Positions 1 through 12,900 of a stretch of DNA of 64,000 nt are shown piece by piece. Origin of the DNA: Mobula hypostoma. Taxonomy: Eukaryota. The DNA lies in NCBI RefSeq assembly GCF_963921235.1, contig NC_086097.1, forward strand, positions 50,904,001-50,968,000. Direction: 5' to 3'. The translations under genes were made by a program, and so were the position numbers. Position 1 is the first letter of the stretch. Each line of letters begins with the position of its first letter. The notes under the pieces are model-generated. The model was not told where the DNA came from. It saw nothing but the letters and a program-made list of their open reading frames with translations, and did not search any database.

Positions 1-719
1 GGATCAGAGGGATCTTGGGGTCTGAGTCCATAGGACACTCAAAGCTGCTGCACAGGTTGACTCTGTAGTTAAGAAGGTATACGGTGTACTGGCCTTCATC
101 AACAGTGGGATTGAGTTTAAGAGCCGAGAGGTAATGTTGCAGTTATATAGGACCCTGGTCAGACCCCACTTGGAGTACTGTGCTCAGTCCTGGTCACCTT
201 ACTACAGGAAGGACATGGAAACCATAGAAAGGGTGCAGAGTTTTACAAGGATGTTGCCTGGATTGGGGAGCATGCCTTATGAGAATAGGTTGAGTGAACT
301 CAGCATTTTCTCCTTGGAGCGATGGAGGATGAGAGGTGACCTGATAGAGGTGTACAAGATAATGAGAGGCATTGATCATGTGGATAGTCAGAGGCTTTTT
401 TCCCCCAAGGGCTGAAATGGCTAGCAAGAGAAGGCATAGTTTTAAGGTGCTTGGAAGCAGGTACAGAGGAGATGTCAGGGGCAATTTTTTTTTTTTTTTT
501 TAAAATACGCAGAGAGTGGTGAGTGTGTGGAATGGGCTGCCGGCGGCGGTGGTGGAGGCGAAACGATAGGGTCTTTTTAGAGACTCCTGGATGGACACAT
601 GGAGCTTAGAAAAATAGAGGGCTATGGGTAAGTCTAGGTAGTTTTAAGTTAAGGACATGTTCGGCACAGCTTTGCAGGCTGAAGGGCCTGTATTGTGCTG
701 TATGTTTTCTATGTTTCTA
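1..719 (+). mobile_element. CR1-clade LINE 3' fragment
   Basis: [33 protein letters not shown]2 C-terminus; 3' end GAAGGGCCTGTATTGTGCTGTATGTTTTCTATGTTTCTA. Confidence 0.9.
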
Positions 720-917
720 ACATTAAATTCAATTTTCATGTGCTAACCACCATACATGATTTTTATATCTTGTGCACATTCACTGTTGAATTGCCTATAA
801 GAAAGGCTTGTGTGATCAGGCAATGAAATGGATACCCTTAACTTCTTCCTAAAGAGCCAATTATGGCATCATGCCATTAGGTATATTAAACAAAACAAAA
901 ATTAAAACTTTACTCAC

Positions 918-976
918 CAATGCAACATTTGTGGCAACCTTTAGTTTCAGGAATTTTTGTTGTTAAGGCAAATCTC
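918..976 (-). CDS. MAP4K5: MAP4K5 exon: (R)[19 protein letters not shown](V)
   Basis: 59 nt, CAG acceptor, GTGAGT donor, phase 2-1. Confidence 0.95.
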
Positions 977-3900
977 CTGCAAGTAGTATACAAGTCAATC
1001 TAAATTCTATTTGACAGCTTCATATTGTAACACATTAACACACCGTGTTTATTTCCAGTATTTAATATCCTGAACTATTCACTATTAACCAGTCATATTT
1101 TTTAATTTGTTGTTTCACCATACCATTCATTTCTATCTGTATTCCATGAGCACTTAACAGGTTATTCTCCATGATATGTTCATATTTTTCCATTATTTTC
1201 TTTTAAATGCAATTTATCAGTATGACCTTCAATTCTGATTAAGGGACTATGCATCCAAAGCAAAGTTCTCTGTGCTAATCCTATCTGAAAAGCTGCATTC
1301 CCTGTATTTCTAATACCATATTTTTTCAATCAGACAGACATTTGATTGCAGATGTTTCAGTACCAGTCATGTTTTACCTGGAGCTAATTGAAAAAGGAGA
1401 CTATAGAATGTGGAATAGCATTCCAGTATGAAGAAAGCAGACTTAACATTGTTTCAATCCTTAACAGTACTAGGTTTTAAACATTTTTAAACAACACTTA
1501 ATTCTACAAAATGAAGTTTCCTTACCTGGGTATTATCTTATCAGGAAAACGATGTGTTTGAATATGGGATGCTAACCCAGGTTTCTTTGCCTGTTCAAAT
1601 AAGCCAACTAGGTTGTGTGAATAAAGCTGAAACGTTTTACCTGCAATTGTAGAGAAACATGACCATTAATGTCAAAAAATTGACAACTAAAATCAAAATC
1701 TGGCAGGCAAAAAATGGCATAGAAAATTTAGACTTTGGTACAGGCTAGATGTAGCCACATGTAGAGAAAAGGCACAGCAAACAAAACCAGAGCTCACGGC
1801 ATCATGGCAAAACAAATGGAAAGTATGAGGCAGAAAGAGCAGACACATGACAGTGAGATCCAGATTGAACATACAATACTCAGAGGGAAGTGAAAAAATA
1901 AGGTTAGAGAGACAATGCAAAAATAGCTGCTAACATGATCTTCTGTCTACTTCTAATCAGTAAGTGACTAGGACAAGGACTGGGATTGATTCAGGACCTA
2001 ATCTATTCATGGAGGCTGGGGGCATGACTGAAATGTATAACGAGTCCTCTGTCCCTCTGTCTTACTAATAAAAAGGGCGCATCCAATGTAGAAATAAAGG
2101 ACATACTTATTATTTGGCAAGATTGTAGTATTGGAAAGGCTATAAAAGTCACTAGACCAAAAGGGTGCATCTTTGGTTGATGGAGGGAAGTAGAAAATGC
2201 AGGACTGCTAGCCATAATTGTAAAATCCTCCTTGAATATGTTCTTGTTTGAACTTAATATGTACAAGGACAAACTTACAGGATAGTTAGCTTAACCATGT
2301 TGGTGGGGAAAGCTTTAAAAAAAAAATCAGGGAAATGAATTAATTTGGAAAAATCTGAATAAACAAGGGGAGAACCAGCCGAGTTTGTCCTTGTACATAT
2401 TAAGTGTGCTGAGAATGGGTCCAGATTTCATGGTATTCCTTGTGTGAGATATGAGAACTCTGGGAAACCTCCAGTCTTCCTGATAACTACATCTCCATGA
2501 AGTGTACCAAGCTGCCAGTGGATGACCTTCAGCTCATACAGGAAAATAAAGAGGTGATAGATAGGAGCTACCTTAAGTTACAGGAGACAGGTACCTAAAT
2601 GAACATCAGGAGAGAGAAAAGCAGCCAGTCCAGTGCACCCCTATGAACATTCCCCTCCACAATAAGTATACCACTTTCCTTATGGTTGGGGGGGGGGGGA
2701 GGAGGAGGGTGATGACCTGCCAATGGGAAACCGCAGACACCAGGCCTCTGGCACTGAGTCTGACACTGTGGCTCAGAAGGACAGGTGGGGGCGGGGGGGC
2801 GTGGAATTAGAGGAGTGCAGTAGTAATAGGGATCCCATAATTAGAAGAGCAAAAAGCAGATTCTGTGGACATGAAAAAGACACCCAGATGCACGTGCCAG
2901 GATTGGGGATGTCTCAGATCAGGTCCACGGCATTCTAATGGGGGAAGGTGAACAGCCGGAAGTTGTGGTACATATAGGTAACAACAGTAGAATCATAGAA
3001 AAAGTACAGCACACACACAGCATCTGGTCCATGCCGAACCATTTAAACTGCCTACTCCCATTCACCTGGGTGACTATCAGGAGACAGAAAAGCCATAGCC
3101 CTCCATACCCCTACCATCCATGTACCTATCCAAACTTCTTGAACATTGAAATTGATCTTGCATGCACCACAACGATGCTGGCAGCTCGTTCCACACTTTC
3201 ATGACCTTCTAAGTGAAGTAGTTTCACCTCATTTCACCCTTTAAACTTTTCACCTTTCACCTCTGGTTTTCATCCCACCCAACCCATAGTGGAAAAAGCC
3301 TGCTTGCAGTTATGCTAACCATAAGCCCCATAATTTAGCATACCCCTATCAAATTTCCTATATTTTCCTACATAGGTAGGAAAAGGGAGGAGGTCCTGAA
3401 AAGAGAATATAGGGAGTAAGGCAGAGTGTCGAAAAGCAGGACATCCAGGGTAGTAATCTCTGGATTGCTACTTGTCCCACATGCCAACGATTTGGTAGAT
3501 GAATGCGTAGCTGACGAATTGGTACAGGGCAGGGCAGGGTTTCAGATATCTGGATCATTGTGATCTCTTCCACGGAAAGTATGACCTGTACAAAAAGGAC
3601 AGGTTACACCTGAACTCAATGGGAACAATATCCTTGTGGGCAGGTTTGCTGAGCTATTGGGGAGGGTTTAAACTAATTTGGCAGGGGGATACCAACAGGA
3701 GTAATTGGGCAGAGGATGGGGTAGTTACTATACAAGTAAATGCCGTGTGTAGTGAGACTGTGAGGAAGGACAGGCAGATGATAGGGCAAAATTAAAGTCA
3801 GTGGGATGAGTTAAAGTGTAACAGGGTCAAAATCAAAAAGGGTGATGAACACAGGATTGAAGGTGTCATATTTGAATGCATGCTCTATATGGAAAAAGTA

Positions 3901-6900
3901 GATGATTTTGCAGTGTAGTTAAAGATTGGCAGGTATGATGTTGTAGGCATCTGAGTTGTGGCTGAAGAAGATCATAGTTGGAAGCTTAACATCCAATACA
4001 TAGTATCAAAAGGACAGGCAACTAGGCAGAGGGGATAGGGTGGTTCAGTTGGGAAAAAAATGAAATCAAATCCTTAAAAAGAGGTAATATAGGATTGGAA
4101 GATGTCGTCGTGGCTATCTCTCGAGGTCAAGGATGATGGTCTTCGTTCTGTTGATCTACTTATGGGCTCTCAAGTGGCTTGAGTCCAACCTTGGCTTTGA
4201 AAGTTCTTCCGCATTCAGGACAGGTAGTTCCAGATGGCAGATCGCGCTTTGGTTGTTGCTGCCCCTCTTTCCATTTTCTTCTCTTTTCTTCTAATTCTGC
4301 ACATCTGTTGGCTTCGAAAGTTGCTGTTCTTTCTCGGATGATGGCTTGCCAGAGTTTCCTGTTCTTGGCATTGGTTTCCCAATTGTTGATGTCGATGCTA
4401 CATTTCTTCATGTTGGCTTTGAAGACGTCTTTGAATCTCTTCTGTTGTCCGCCTCTTTTACGTTTGCCTTCTTTAAGCTGGGAGTAGAAGATTTGTTTTG
4501 GCAGATGCTCGTCTTTCATCCGAACAACATGACCACTCCATCTTAGTTGGTTCTTGATGACATAGGCTCCAATGTTTGTTGTTTTTGCTTCATATAGCAC
4601 ACTGACATTGGTTCTTCTATCTTCCCAGCTGATATTTAAGATGTTTCGAAGACAGCATTGATGGAACTTTTCAAGTGCCTTCAGTTGTCGTCAGTATGTT
4701 GTCCAGGTTTCTGATGCATACAGGAGCGTTGGGATTATCACTGCTTTGTACACTAACATTCTGATGTCTGTTCGGATGTCACGATCATGAAAGACTCTTG
4801 TTTGAAGACGTCCAAAAGCTGTTCTAGCGCATTTAAGATGATGTTGGATCTCGTCATTAAGGTCGACACTGGAATCTTATGGATAGAGTTAAGAAACTGA
4901 TGGGAGTTATATATAGGCCTCTGGACAGTAGCCAGGATGTGGGCTACAAATTACGACAGGAGATAGAAAAGGTGTGTATAAGGAGCAATGTTGCGATAAT
5001 CATGGGGGAATTTCAATATACATATAGATTGGGAAAATTTGGTTGGTGCTGGATTCCAAGAGGTAACTTGTAGAATGCATATGAGATGACTTTTAAAACA
5101 GTTTGTAGTGAGTCCAATAGGGGACTGGCAATTCTGGATCAGCTGTTATGTAATGACCCAGATTTGATTGGGGAGCTTAAGGTAAAGGAACCCTTAGGAG
5201 ACAGTAATCAAAATGATAGAATTCACCCTGCAATTTGAGAAGCTAAAATCGGATTTATCAGTATTACAGTGGAGTAAAGGGGATAACAGAGGCAAGAGAA
5301 AGGAGCTGGCTGAAGTTGCTTGGAAGGGGACACTAGCATGGTTGATGGTAGAACAGAATTGGCTGCCAATACAGGGGGAAATTCGGAAGGCACAGGAAAG
5401 ATACATCCCAAAGATGAAGACGTATTTTAAAGGAAGAATGAGGCAATTGTAGCAGATAAGGGAAGTCACAGACATCTCTAAAGCAAAAGAGAGGGCATTT
5501 AATATAGCAAAAATTAGTGGGAAGATAAAGGATTGGGAAGTTTTTAAAAACCAACAGAAGGCAACTAAAAAGCTGTAAAGAGAGAAAAAATGCAATATGA
5601 AGGTAAGCCGCCCAATAATATAAAAGAGGATACAAAAAGTTTTTCAGATATACAAAGGGTAAAAGAGACAGAAGTTGATATTGGACTATTGGAAAATGAC
5701 GCTGGAGAGGTAGCTTAGGGGATAAAGAAGTGGAAGATGAATTTTGGGCCAGTATTCACTGTGGAAAACACAAGCAGAATGCCAGAAATGCGAGAAGTGA
5801 GGGAGCAGAAGTGAGTGTCGTACCTATTACTAAGAAGTGGCTTGGGAAGCTGGGAAGTCTGAAGGTAGATAGGTCACCTAGACCTGTGGACTACACCCCA
5901 GCGTTCTGAAAAGGTTGGCTGAAGAAATTATTGATGCAATAGTAGTGATCTTTCAATTATCACTAGATTCTGGAATGATTCCAAAGGACTGGAAAATTGC
6001 AAATGTCACTCCACTCTCTAATACTGGAAGGAGGCGGAAGAAAAGAAATTATAGGCCAGTTAGCCTGACTTCAGTGGTTGGAAAGATGTTGGAGTCTATT
6101 ATTAAGGATGAGGTTTTGGGGTACTTGGAGGCACATGATAAATAAGGCCAAATTCAGTATGGCTTTCTGAAGGGGAAATCTTGCTTTACAAATCTGTTGT
6201 AATTTTTTGAGGAAATAACAGGGTGGATAGTGGATATTGTTTATTTGCATTTTCAGAAGGCCTTTGTCAAGGTGCCGCACATGAGGCTGCTTAACAAGGT
6301 AAGAGCACATGATATTACAGGAATGGTACTAACATGAAAATCAGATTGGCTGCCTGGCAGGAGGCAAAGGTTGGAAATAAAGGGGCCTTTTCTGGTTGGC
6401 TACTGGTGACTAATAGTATGCCACAGTGGTTGGAGCTGGGATCGCTTCTTTTTACATTATATGTCAACAATTTGGATGAAGGAAATAATGGCTGTATGGC
6501 CAAGTTTGTAGACGATACAAAGATAGGTGGAGGAGCAGGTAGTGTTGAGGAAACAGGGTGTCTGCAGAAAGACTTGACTCAAATTGGGGTTAATGGGCAA
6601 AGAAATGGCAGATGGAATACAATGTACGGAAGTGCACGAACTTGGCAGAAGGAATAACGGCGAAGACTATTTTCTAAGTGGGTAGGAAATTTAAAAATCA
6701 GAGGTGCAAGAGGAATTGGAAGACCTCATGCAGGATTTCTTATAGTTCAACTTGCAGGTTGAGTCGGTGCTGAGGATGGCAAATGCGAAGTTAGCATTAA
6801 TTTTGAGAGGGCTAGAGAGCCAAAGCAAGGATGTAATGCTGACTCTTTATAAGGCATTGGTCAGTCTACACTTGGAGTACTGTGAGCAGTTTTGGGCTGC

Positions 6901-9900
6901 TTATCTAACAAATATGTGCTGGCATTGGAAAGAGCCCAGAGGTGATACACAAGAATTATCCCAGGAATATAAAGCTTAACATATGAGAAGCTTCTGATGG
7001 CTCTGGGCCTGTACTTGCTGGAGTTTAGAGGAATGGGGAGGGGGAAGGGGAAGGGGAGGGAGTAGTCTGGCTACCTGTCTCTACAGCAATAAGACTCAAT
7101 TGTGTGTCCCCATTTGGGACAGATAACAAAAATAGAGACTCCTTTTGCTTGCATTTAATCAGACTCTTAATAAGTATTTTATAACTGATTAAAAAACACT
7201 ACTATTTGAATTAATTGCTGGGTGGCAGTGTGCATACATTATCAAGAAATGAGGTTTCCATGCACTGATAATGTGGCTGAATCACAAATAAACAGAGGCA
7301 AGGACGTGGCTCTGAGATGGGCAGATGGGTGGATGGGACCTGAACTGGAGGCAAAAGCCCAGAGTGAACTCACTGAAAGCTGATGCAGTCCCAAACCAGA
7401 GCAAAACCCCTTCCACACTGTGGCTGGATACTGTTGTGCTGCTGAGATCAATACAGATATGGAATGTAACATTAATAGTTACACAATTTCTTCCCTTTTA
7501 CCAAAAATATTAGAGAACTTCCAAGTTTTTACAGAACTCCACTGTGAACAGTTAACAGAGAAATGTAATTGATCATTTAAGTGTACAATCTGGCAATGTC
7601 CAGGTGTCTCTCAACACAATGGGCCAAGAATGTTCATAAATATGCACTTCTTTGTACCACATAGAAATATAGCAAGTGCAATGTAATGTTCCACAAGTAA
7701 CATCTAGCACCCACACCCTAAATTGAGTTGATCAGCAAAACTTTAGTCCCAGCTCTCATGCTAGGATTAGGGTTAGTGCAAGTGTTTGGCAGCTGTACAG
7801 GTCCTGTAGACCTGGGCAGATCTCAAACAATGAAGATTGATGCTTCGAATCAAACCCATTGTCGTACTTGACAGACTGTAGTTACCTGATCCTATGCCCA
7901 ATAAAACCCAACAATTAGTTGGGCAGGGTTTGCTGAAGTTCAAGTCCAGGTCATTTCAATTTTGTACCAAGCAGGCATCTATGGTAGACAGCATTTATAT
8001 AGATTTACAGAAGGATTTGATGGAAGTTCCATATAAAAGTCAATTATCAAAATTGAAGCTAAAAAAGGGGGCCAGTTACAGAATGGAGGAGTAAGTGAGT
8101 TGGGGAAAGAAAGCAGATGCAGTAAATAGCTGTTTTCAGTCTAAAGGTTACTTTTTTAAAATATGTGATATTTGACCTTGAGTATGTCAGGTAAAATTTT
8201 AACATTTATGAGAAAACCTTAAAATGCAGTAAGAAAAGGGATTGTGACAGTGTTGAAGTGAACACTGGCTGATAGAAATGGCAAGCATATGGAATTATAT
8301 GGAAGTTAAATACTAGCTCACTGATATATCAAGTTCATTTAATCTTTCTACATCTCAATTTAACATAACGTTGATTTTCCAGTATCTGTCTATCCTCTTG
8401 TTTACAAGCAATGTCTCTTCCCCAATGCTACCTTCACTCCTCTTAATTCTCAGCAGTTCTGTTCTGCCATTCTCCTACTACCAAACATGATTCTTTATCA
8501 TAACAACATAATCTTTATTCCTGCACCATTTGCTTGTGCATTTTAGCAGCTTTTCTGGAAAGAGCCCATCACTTCTTTCCTGTTACACTGTTTGACACTT
8601 CTTTGGCACCCAGATACTTGATACTTCCAACAATTCCCACTATAACCAACCATTGTTTTTTAAAAAATAAATCCATAGTTACGTGACATCTTTTCAAGAA
8701 TCCAGTTTTGCCAATTTGCCTGCAAGATCTTCCAGAGATAACAAATACTTACCAACCACTTCCACAGAACCATATTTCCCCATGTGCATAAAAATCATGA
8801 ACTGTTTTATTTTGCTCATTTCTGCAGTTCCAAGTCTGAAACTCTCCAATCAGGTTTCTACACCTGCCTTGGTATTAAACAGTATCAGTCAGAAAAGTCA
8901 ATTTGTAGTTCTTCTTATGCTATGGAAGCCCCTGAAGCCTTTTATATGATTCAGGAGGATCATGGCTGATCAGATGTTTGGCTCAGCAAATTTTTGCTCA
9001 GTCCTAAAATTCATCTCAAGTTTGAAGCTCTCTGGGACAGAAAATTTCAAAAATAAATAACTCATTCCTTATTCAGTCCATCGCTCTTCCCAAGAGAACT
9101 CCACCAAAATAAGTATCCTCACAGCACTTACCACTTTGGAGTGTTTTCATTCAACATGTTCAATCTTCTTCAAAACTTAAGAATAAAGGTCTTTTGCTAC
9201 AGCCCTCATCCTAGTTATCAATTTAGTGACCTTCTGTCATGTTTCCACAGCAAAGATTTCTTTAATCAAATAGGATCAACACAGTGAATGTTGTTCCCTG
9301 AACCCCAAGTATATCTGTAGCACAATTTCCTTACTTGTATAGTCCAAGCTCCTTGCATTAGAACAATTTCCTTCATTATTTGTTGTACTTCACACCAACT
9401 TTGTATTTCTTATACGTGGACACCCAGTTGTCTCAAAAAAAATACAACAGTTGGTAGTCTCATCATTCTATTTGAATAACAATGCATTGCTATTCTGTTA
9501 TTCCTTGTTATTCTGGCCTCTATCCCAAACATCAACAGTTAATTTCCCTCCATAGATAATGCAAGACATACAGAGTTCCTCCAGCATTTTGTGTGTTGCT
9601 CAAAATTTCCAGCATCTGTAGAATTTATTTTGTCTCTGTTTTGTTATTCTTTGTCAAAATGACTAACATCATGTTTTCCCACTAAATATTTCACTTGACA
9701 TCCTTTTGCCCATTCACTGACACTAGTCATATTCATTTACAGACACAGTCCTTTTCACGGCCGAATCAAGTACAGTAATCTAATAGCGATGCTGGGATGC
9801 CACATCTGAAGAATAGGCATTTAACTGGAACATATTGACTCAATATAGTGACAGCAGAAAGACTTTAACCATACATACAAAATTTTAAAACTAATTTACA

Positions 9901-12900
9901 TACAGGAAATAGGAGTCTTATGCTTGAGACTAATATAAATATACCTAAAATGTGGACAAGGAGTTAGCTCACAACAATGACAAAAGTACTTTAAAATCCA
10001 ACACATTACTAAGACCTAACAATCAAAGAAGAACAGCATCAGGAAAAAGTGAGAGAAGGAAAAAATATACACAAGGAGGAAGTGAAGTGCACTCAAATAG
10101 AAGGTTAGGAACACACTATAGATTTAAATTCTGATTGATTTTTAGTTTTTGAATAACAACAGGATTGCTTTAGCTAAGGACATGAAATTGCAAGGTGTGT
10201 TTTAATGCTGTACTTTGATATGTGAACAGCTAAGGATTTCACATTAAAACATGCAAAAACACAGAAGACTGAAATTCTGATTACCTTCTGCACCCAGTGA
10301 TCAGTATGATTAGGAAACAAAGTGAAGCCATTGTGTGAAGAGGAAAACAAAAGACATTTGATTAAGTTCACACACACATATTTAGACAAACAGCTATCAT
10401 AAATAGTAAATGAAAAGCCCATGGATTATTTTGGATAAATCCACAAAACAAAACAGATTTTAAGGTCATAAATATACAAGACTGTGGATGTTCTTTAGTA
10501 CCTTAGATAAATTTCTTATCTTCTGGTAATTGCTTAATACAGGGGTCCCCAACCTTTTTTGCACCACGGACCAGTTTAATATTGACAATATTCTTGTGGA
10601 CCGGCCGACTGGGGGGGGGGGGGGGGTGTTCAAGTAGGGTTAAACTCACCTCAACATGTCTTCCACAGTTAGGGTTGCCAACTTTCTCACTCCCAAATAA
10701 GGGACAAAAGTAGCAATCAAATCCCGGGACACTTTACCCCAGGAATGAGTACCATGACACCTTGCGCGGGCACCTGTGTGTGCATGCGTGACGTGCAAAT
10801 GCGCGTACATGCCAATTTTTTTCCCCATTTGCCTTCATCTTCCCGACTATACTGTACATACATTATTTCTACTTTACATAGGCTGTGTATTTATCATATC
10901 ATTCCTGCTTTTACTATATGTTAGTGTTATTTATTTTCAATTTTGTGTGTTATTTGGTATGATTTGTTAGGTTATTTTTTGGGTCAGGGAACTCTCAAAT
11001 TTTTCCCATATAAATAAATGGTAATTGCTTCTTCGCTTTACGCCATTTCAGCACGAAAGGTTTCATAGGAACACTCTACCTTAGTGGGGGAAATGCAGGA
11101 CAAACCAATTTAGCCCAATATACAGGATGTCCCAGCAAATACGGGACAATTGGCAACACTATGTTCAAGTTCAACAGTGCCTGACAGGGAATGAGGAAAG
11201 GTGCAGCTGACACATATCGTTTCCTCACGGCCCGGTGGTTGGGGACCGCTGGCTTAATATAACACACCTTATAATTTAGCGTCTCAACCCAATCCATGCA
11301 GTACCTCTTCACTTGTCTGCTTCTCATATCATGTACTGACCCTGTCAAAAATATTTTATAATATGACCTTCTCTCATTGCTCTTCTTTACTGCACTGATA
11401 TCAAAGGCAAACTTGCCATGCATTTTAATTGCATAATGCATGTGAAAGACTGCAGGAACGATGTTTGGCCTCTGCACGTCAGCTGATATGAGGAGGTGAT
11501 AAGTTAATATGTTTTCATAAATAAGGGGCATAGGAGCTGGAGCTGCTTTTTAAAAATGCGTTTAGCATTTGATGGGGAGGATAGAGCTTGTTGCAGGATT
11601 GAAGTTAGTACTCCCATTCCCACTTCTGTCAAGTAAGTGACGTGTACTAATAGTTATTGTAGCTGACTTTAGTTTTGTTTCAATAAGCAATAATCGCGCC
11701 TCGGGTAAACCTCATCGGCTACGATATCCTATTCCTTTCATCTTGTTCCAGATGGCTACCTTTGATATACTGTTGTTTACAGTTCTGAATATCTGTAGAT
11801 TCTATAAGCTTTCATTGGATAACAGTCAGCTATCATTTCTCTTTACATTACTCCTTTGCATTTAAGAGATGCAAGCTGCTTAGTGCTGTCTTGTTTGAGA
11901 TAATAAAAATATTAGTTCAAACCATTCTTTTGCCAAAATCAGATCTCAAAATGCTAAATTAAAGGCAGAGGCTTCCTTGACTACATTTATAATTATCACC
12001 TTATGAGTCTTTCACACACAAATAGACTTGTTGGGTCAGAAAGTTGTACTTTTTGTAAAAATACAAATAAAACAATGTGACAAGTTAATTTTTAGTGTCT
12101 CAGGTCTTCCTCACCCTTTTCAATCAATTTCAATACCCTTAGTTTCTTTATCTTTGGAACAAAATTTACTTTTCCATCAAATATAGTTCATAATCAATCT
12201 GCAATGTATTTTTCAAAATATTCATGAAACATTGATATATTTATTAAGAAGATTTATTATGAAAAAGCAGGCACAAGAAATAACCATGCTTTTTGGTCCA
12301 CCATCCAACTAGATAACCTTGGTTAAAACCACTCAGGTTTTCCAAGATCTGTGGTCCAAAAATAAGTGGGCACCATCATAAAGCATATCACTTAAAAATT
12401 TTATTAGTGCCCCTGTCTGCAGAACACCTATCAGGGTCAATGCTGATCACAAACACAGCAAAGCAAGTGTTCTCAAACTGAAATTACTGAAAAGAGACCA
12501 GAAAACAATGATGCCCGACATTCCAGTATGTTTGTATAAGAAAAGAAGCCCAAAGTCACTGTGACTTTACTCATACACGTGAATTAATTCTGTGAATTAA
12601 ACTATCCATATTCCACATGATAGTTTATTTATATGAATCATGGGAATATTAAAAAAGCTGAAAAGGATAAGTAATAAATTATTAAAGAGGGAGGCGAAGA
12701 TGGCGGCGCGACGCAGCGCGCACAGCCATTCCGAATGATATCGTATTTGTGAAGTAGGATGCCGTGCATGATCCTGATTTCACAGAGACAGACGTGGAGA
12801 AGCACGGAGGAACATCTGCAGAAACTTCTGAAATGCCTGCTTCGTTGCCGCTGCTACTGTGCGATCGAGAATCTCCGGAGGGAAGGCCCCAAATCCTCGG

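Larger units (their letters stand above)
2410..7035 (+). mobile_element. Decayed near-full-length CR1 LINE (ORF1 esterase-like remnant plus ORF2 endonuclease/RT), interrupted by two younger insertions
   Basis: [13 protein letters not shown] (ORF1 SGNH-like), [46 protein letters not shown]; many stops and frameshifts. Confidence 0.85.

Noticed and set aside
11076..11531. 151-aa minus-strand ORF
   Set aside because: Runs into a MITE, lacks recognisable motifs, and has no splice context linking it to MAP4K5.
11671..11726. Functional full-length U4 snRNA gene
   Set aside because: The first 18 nt, the Sm site and the 3' stem-loops are absent.
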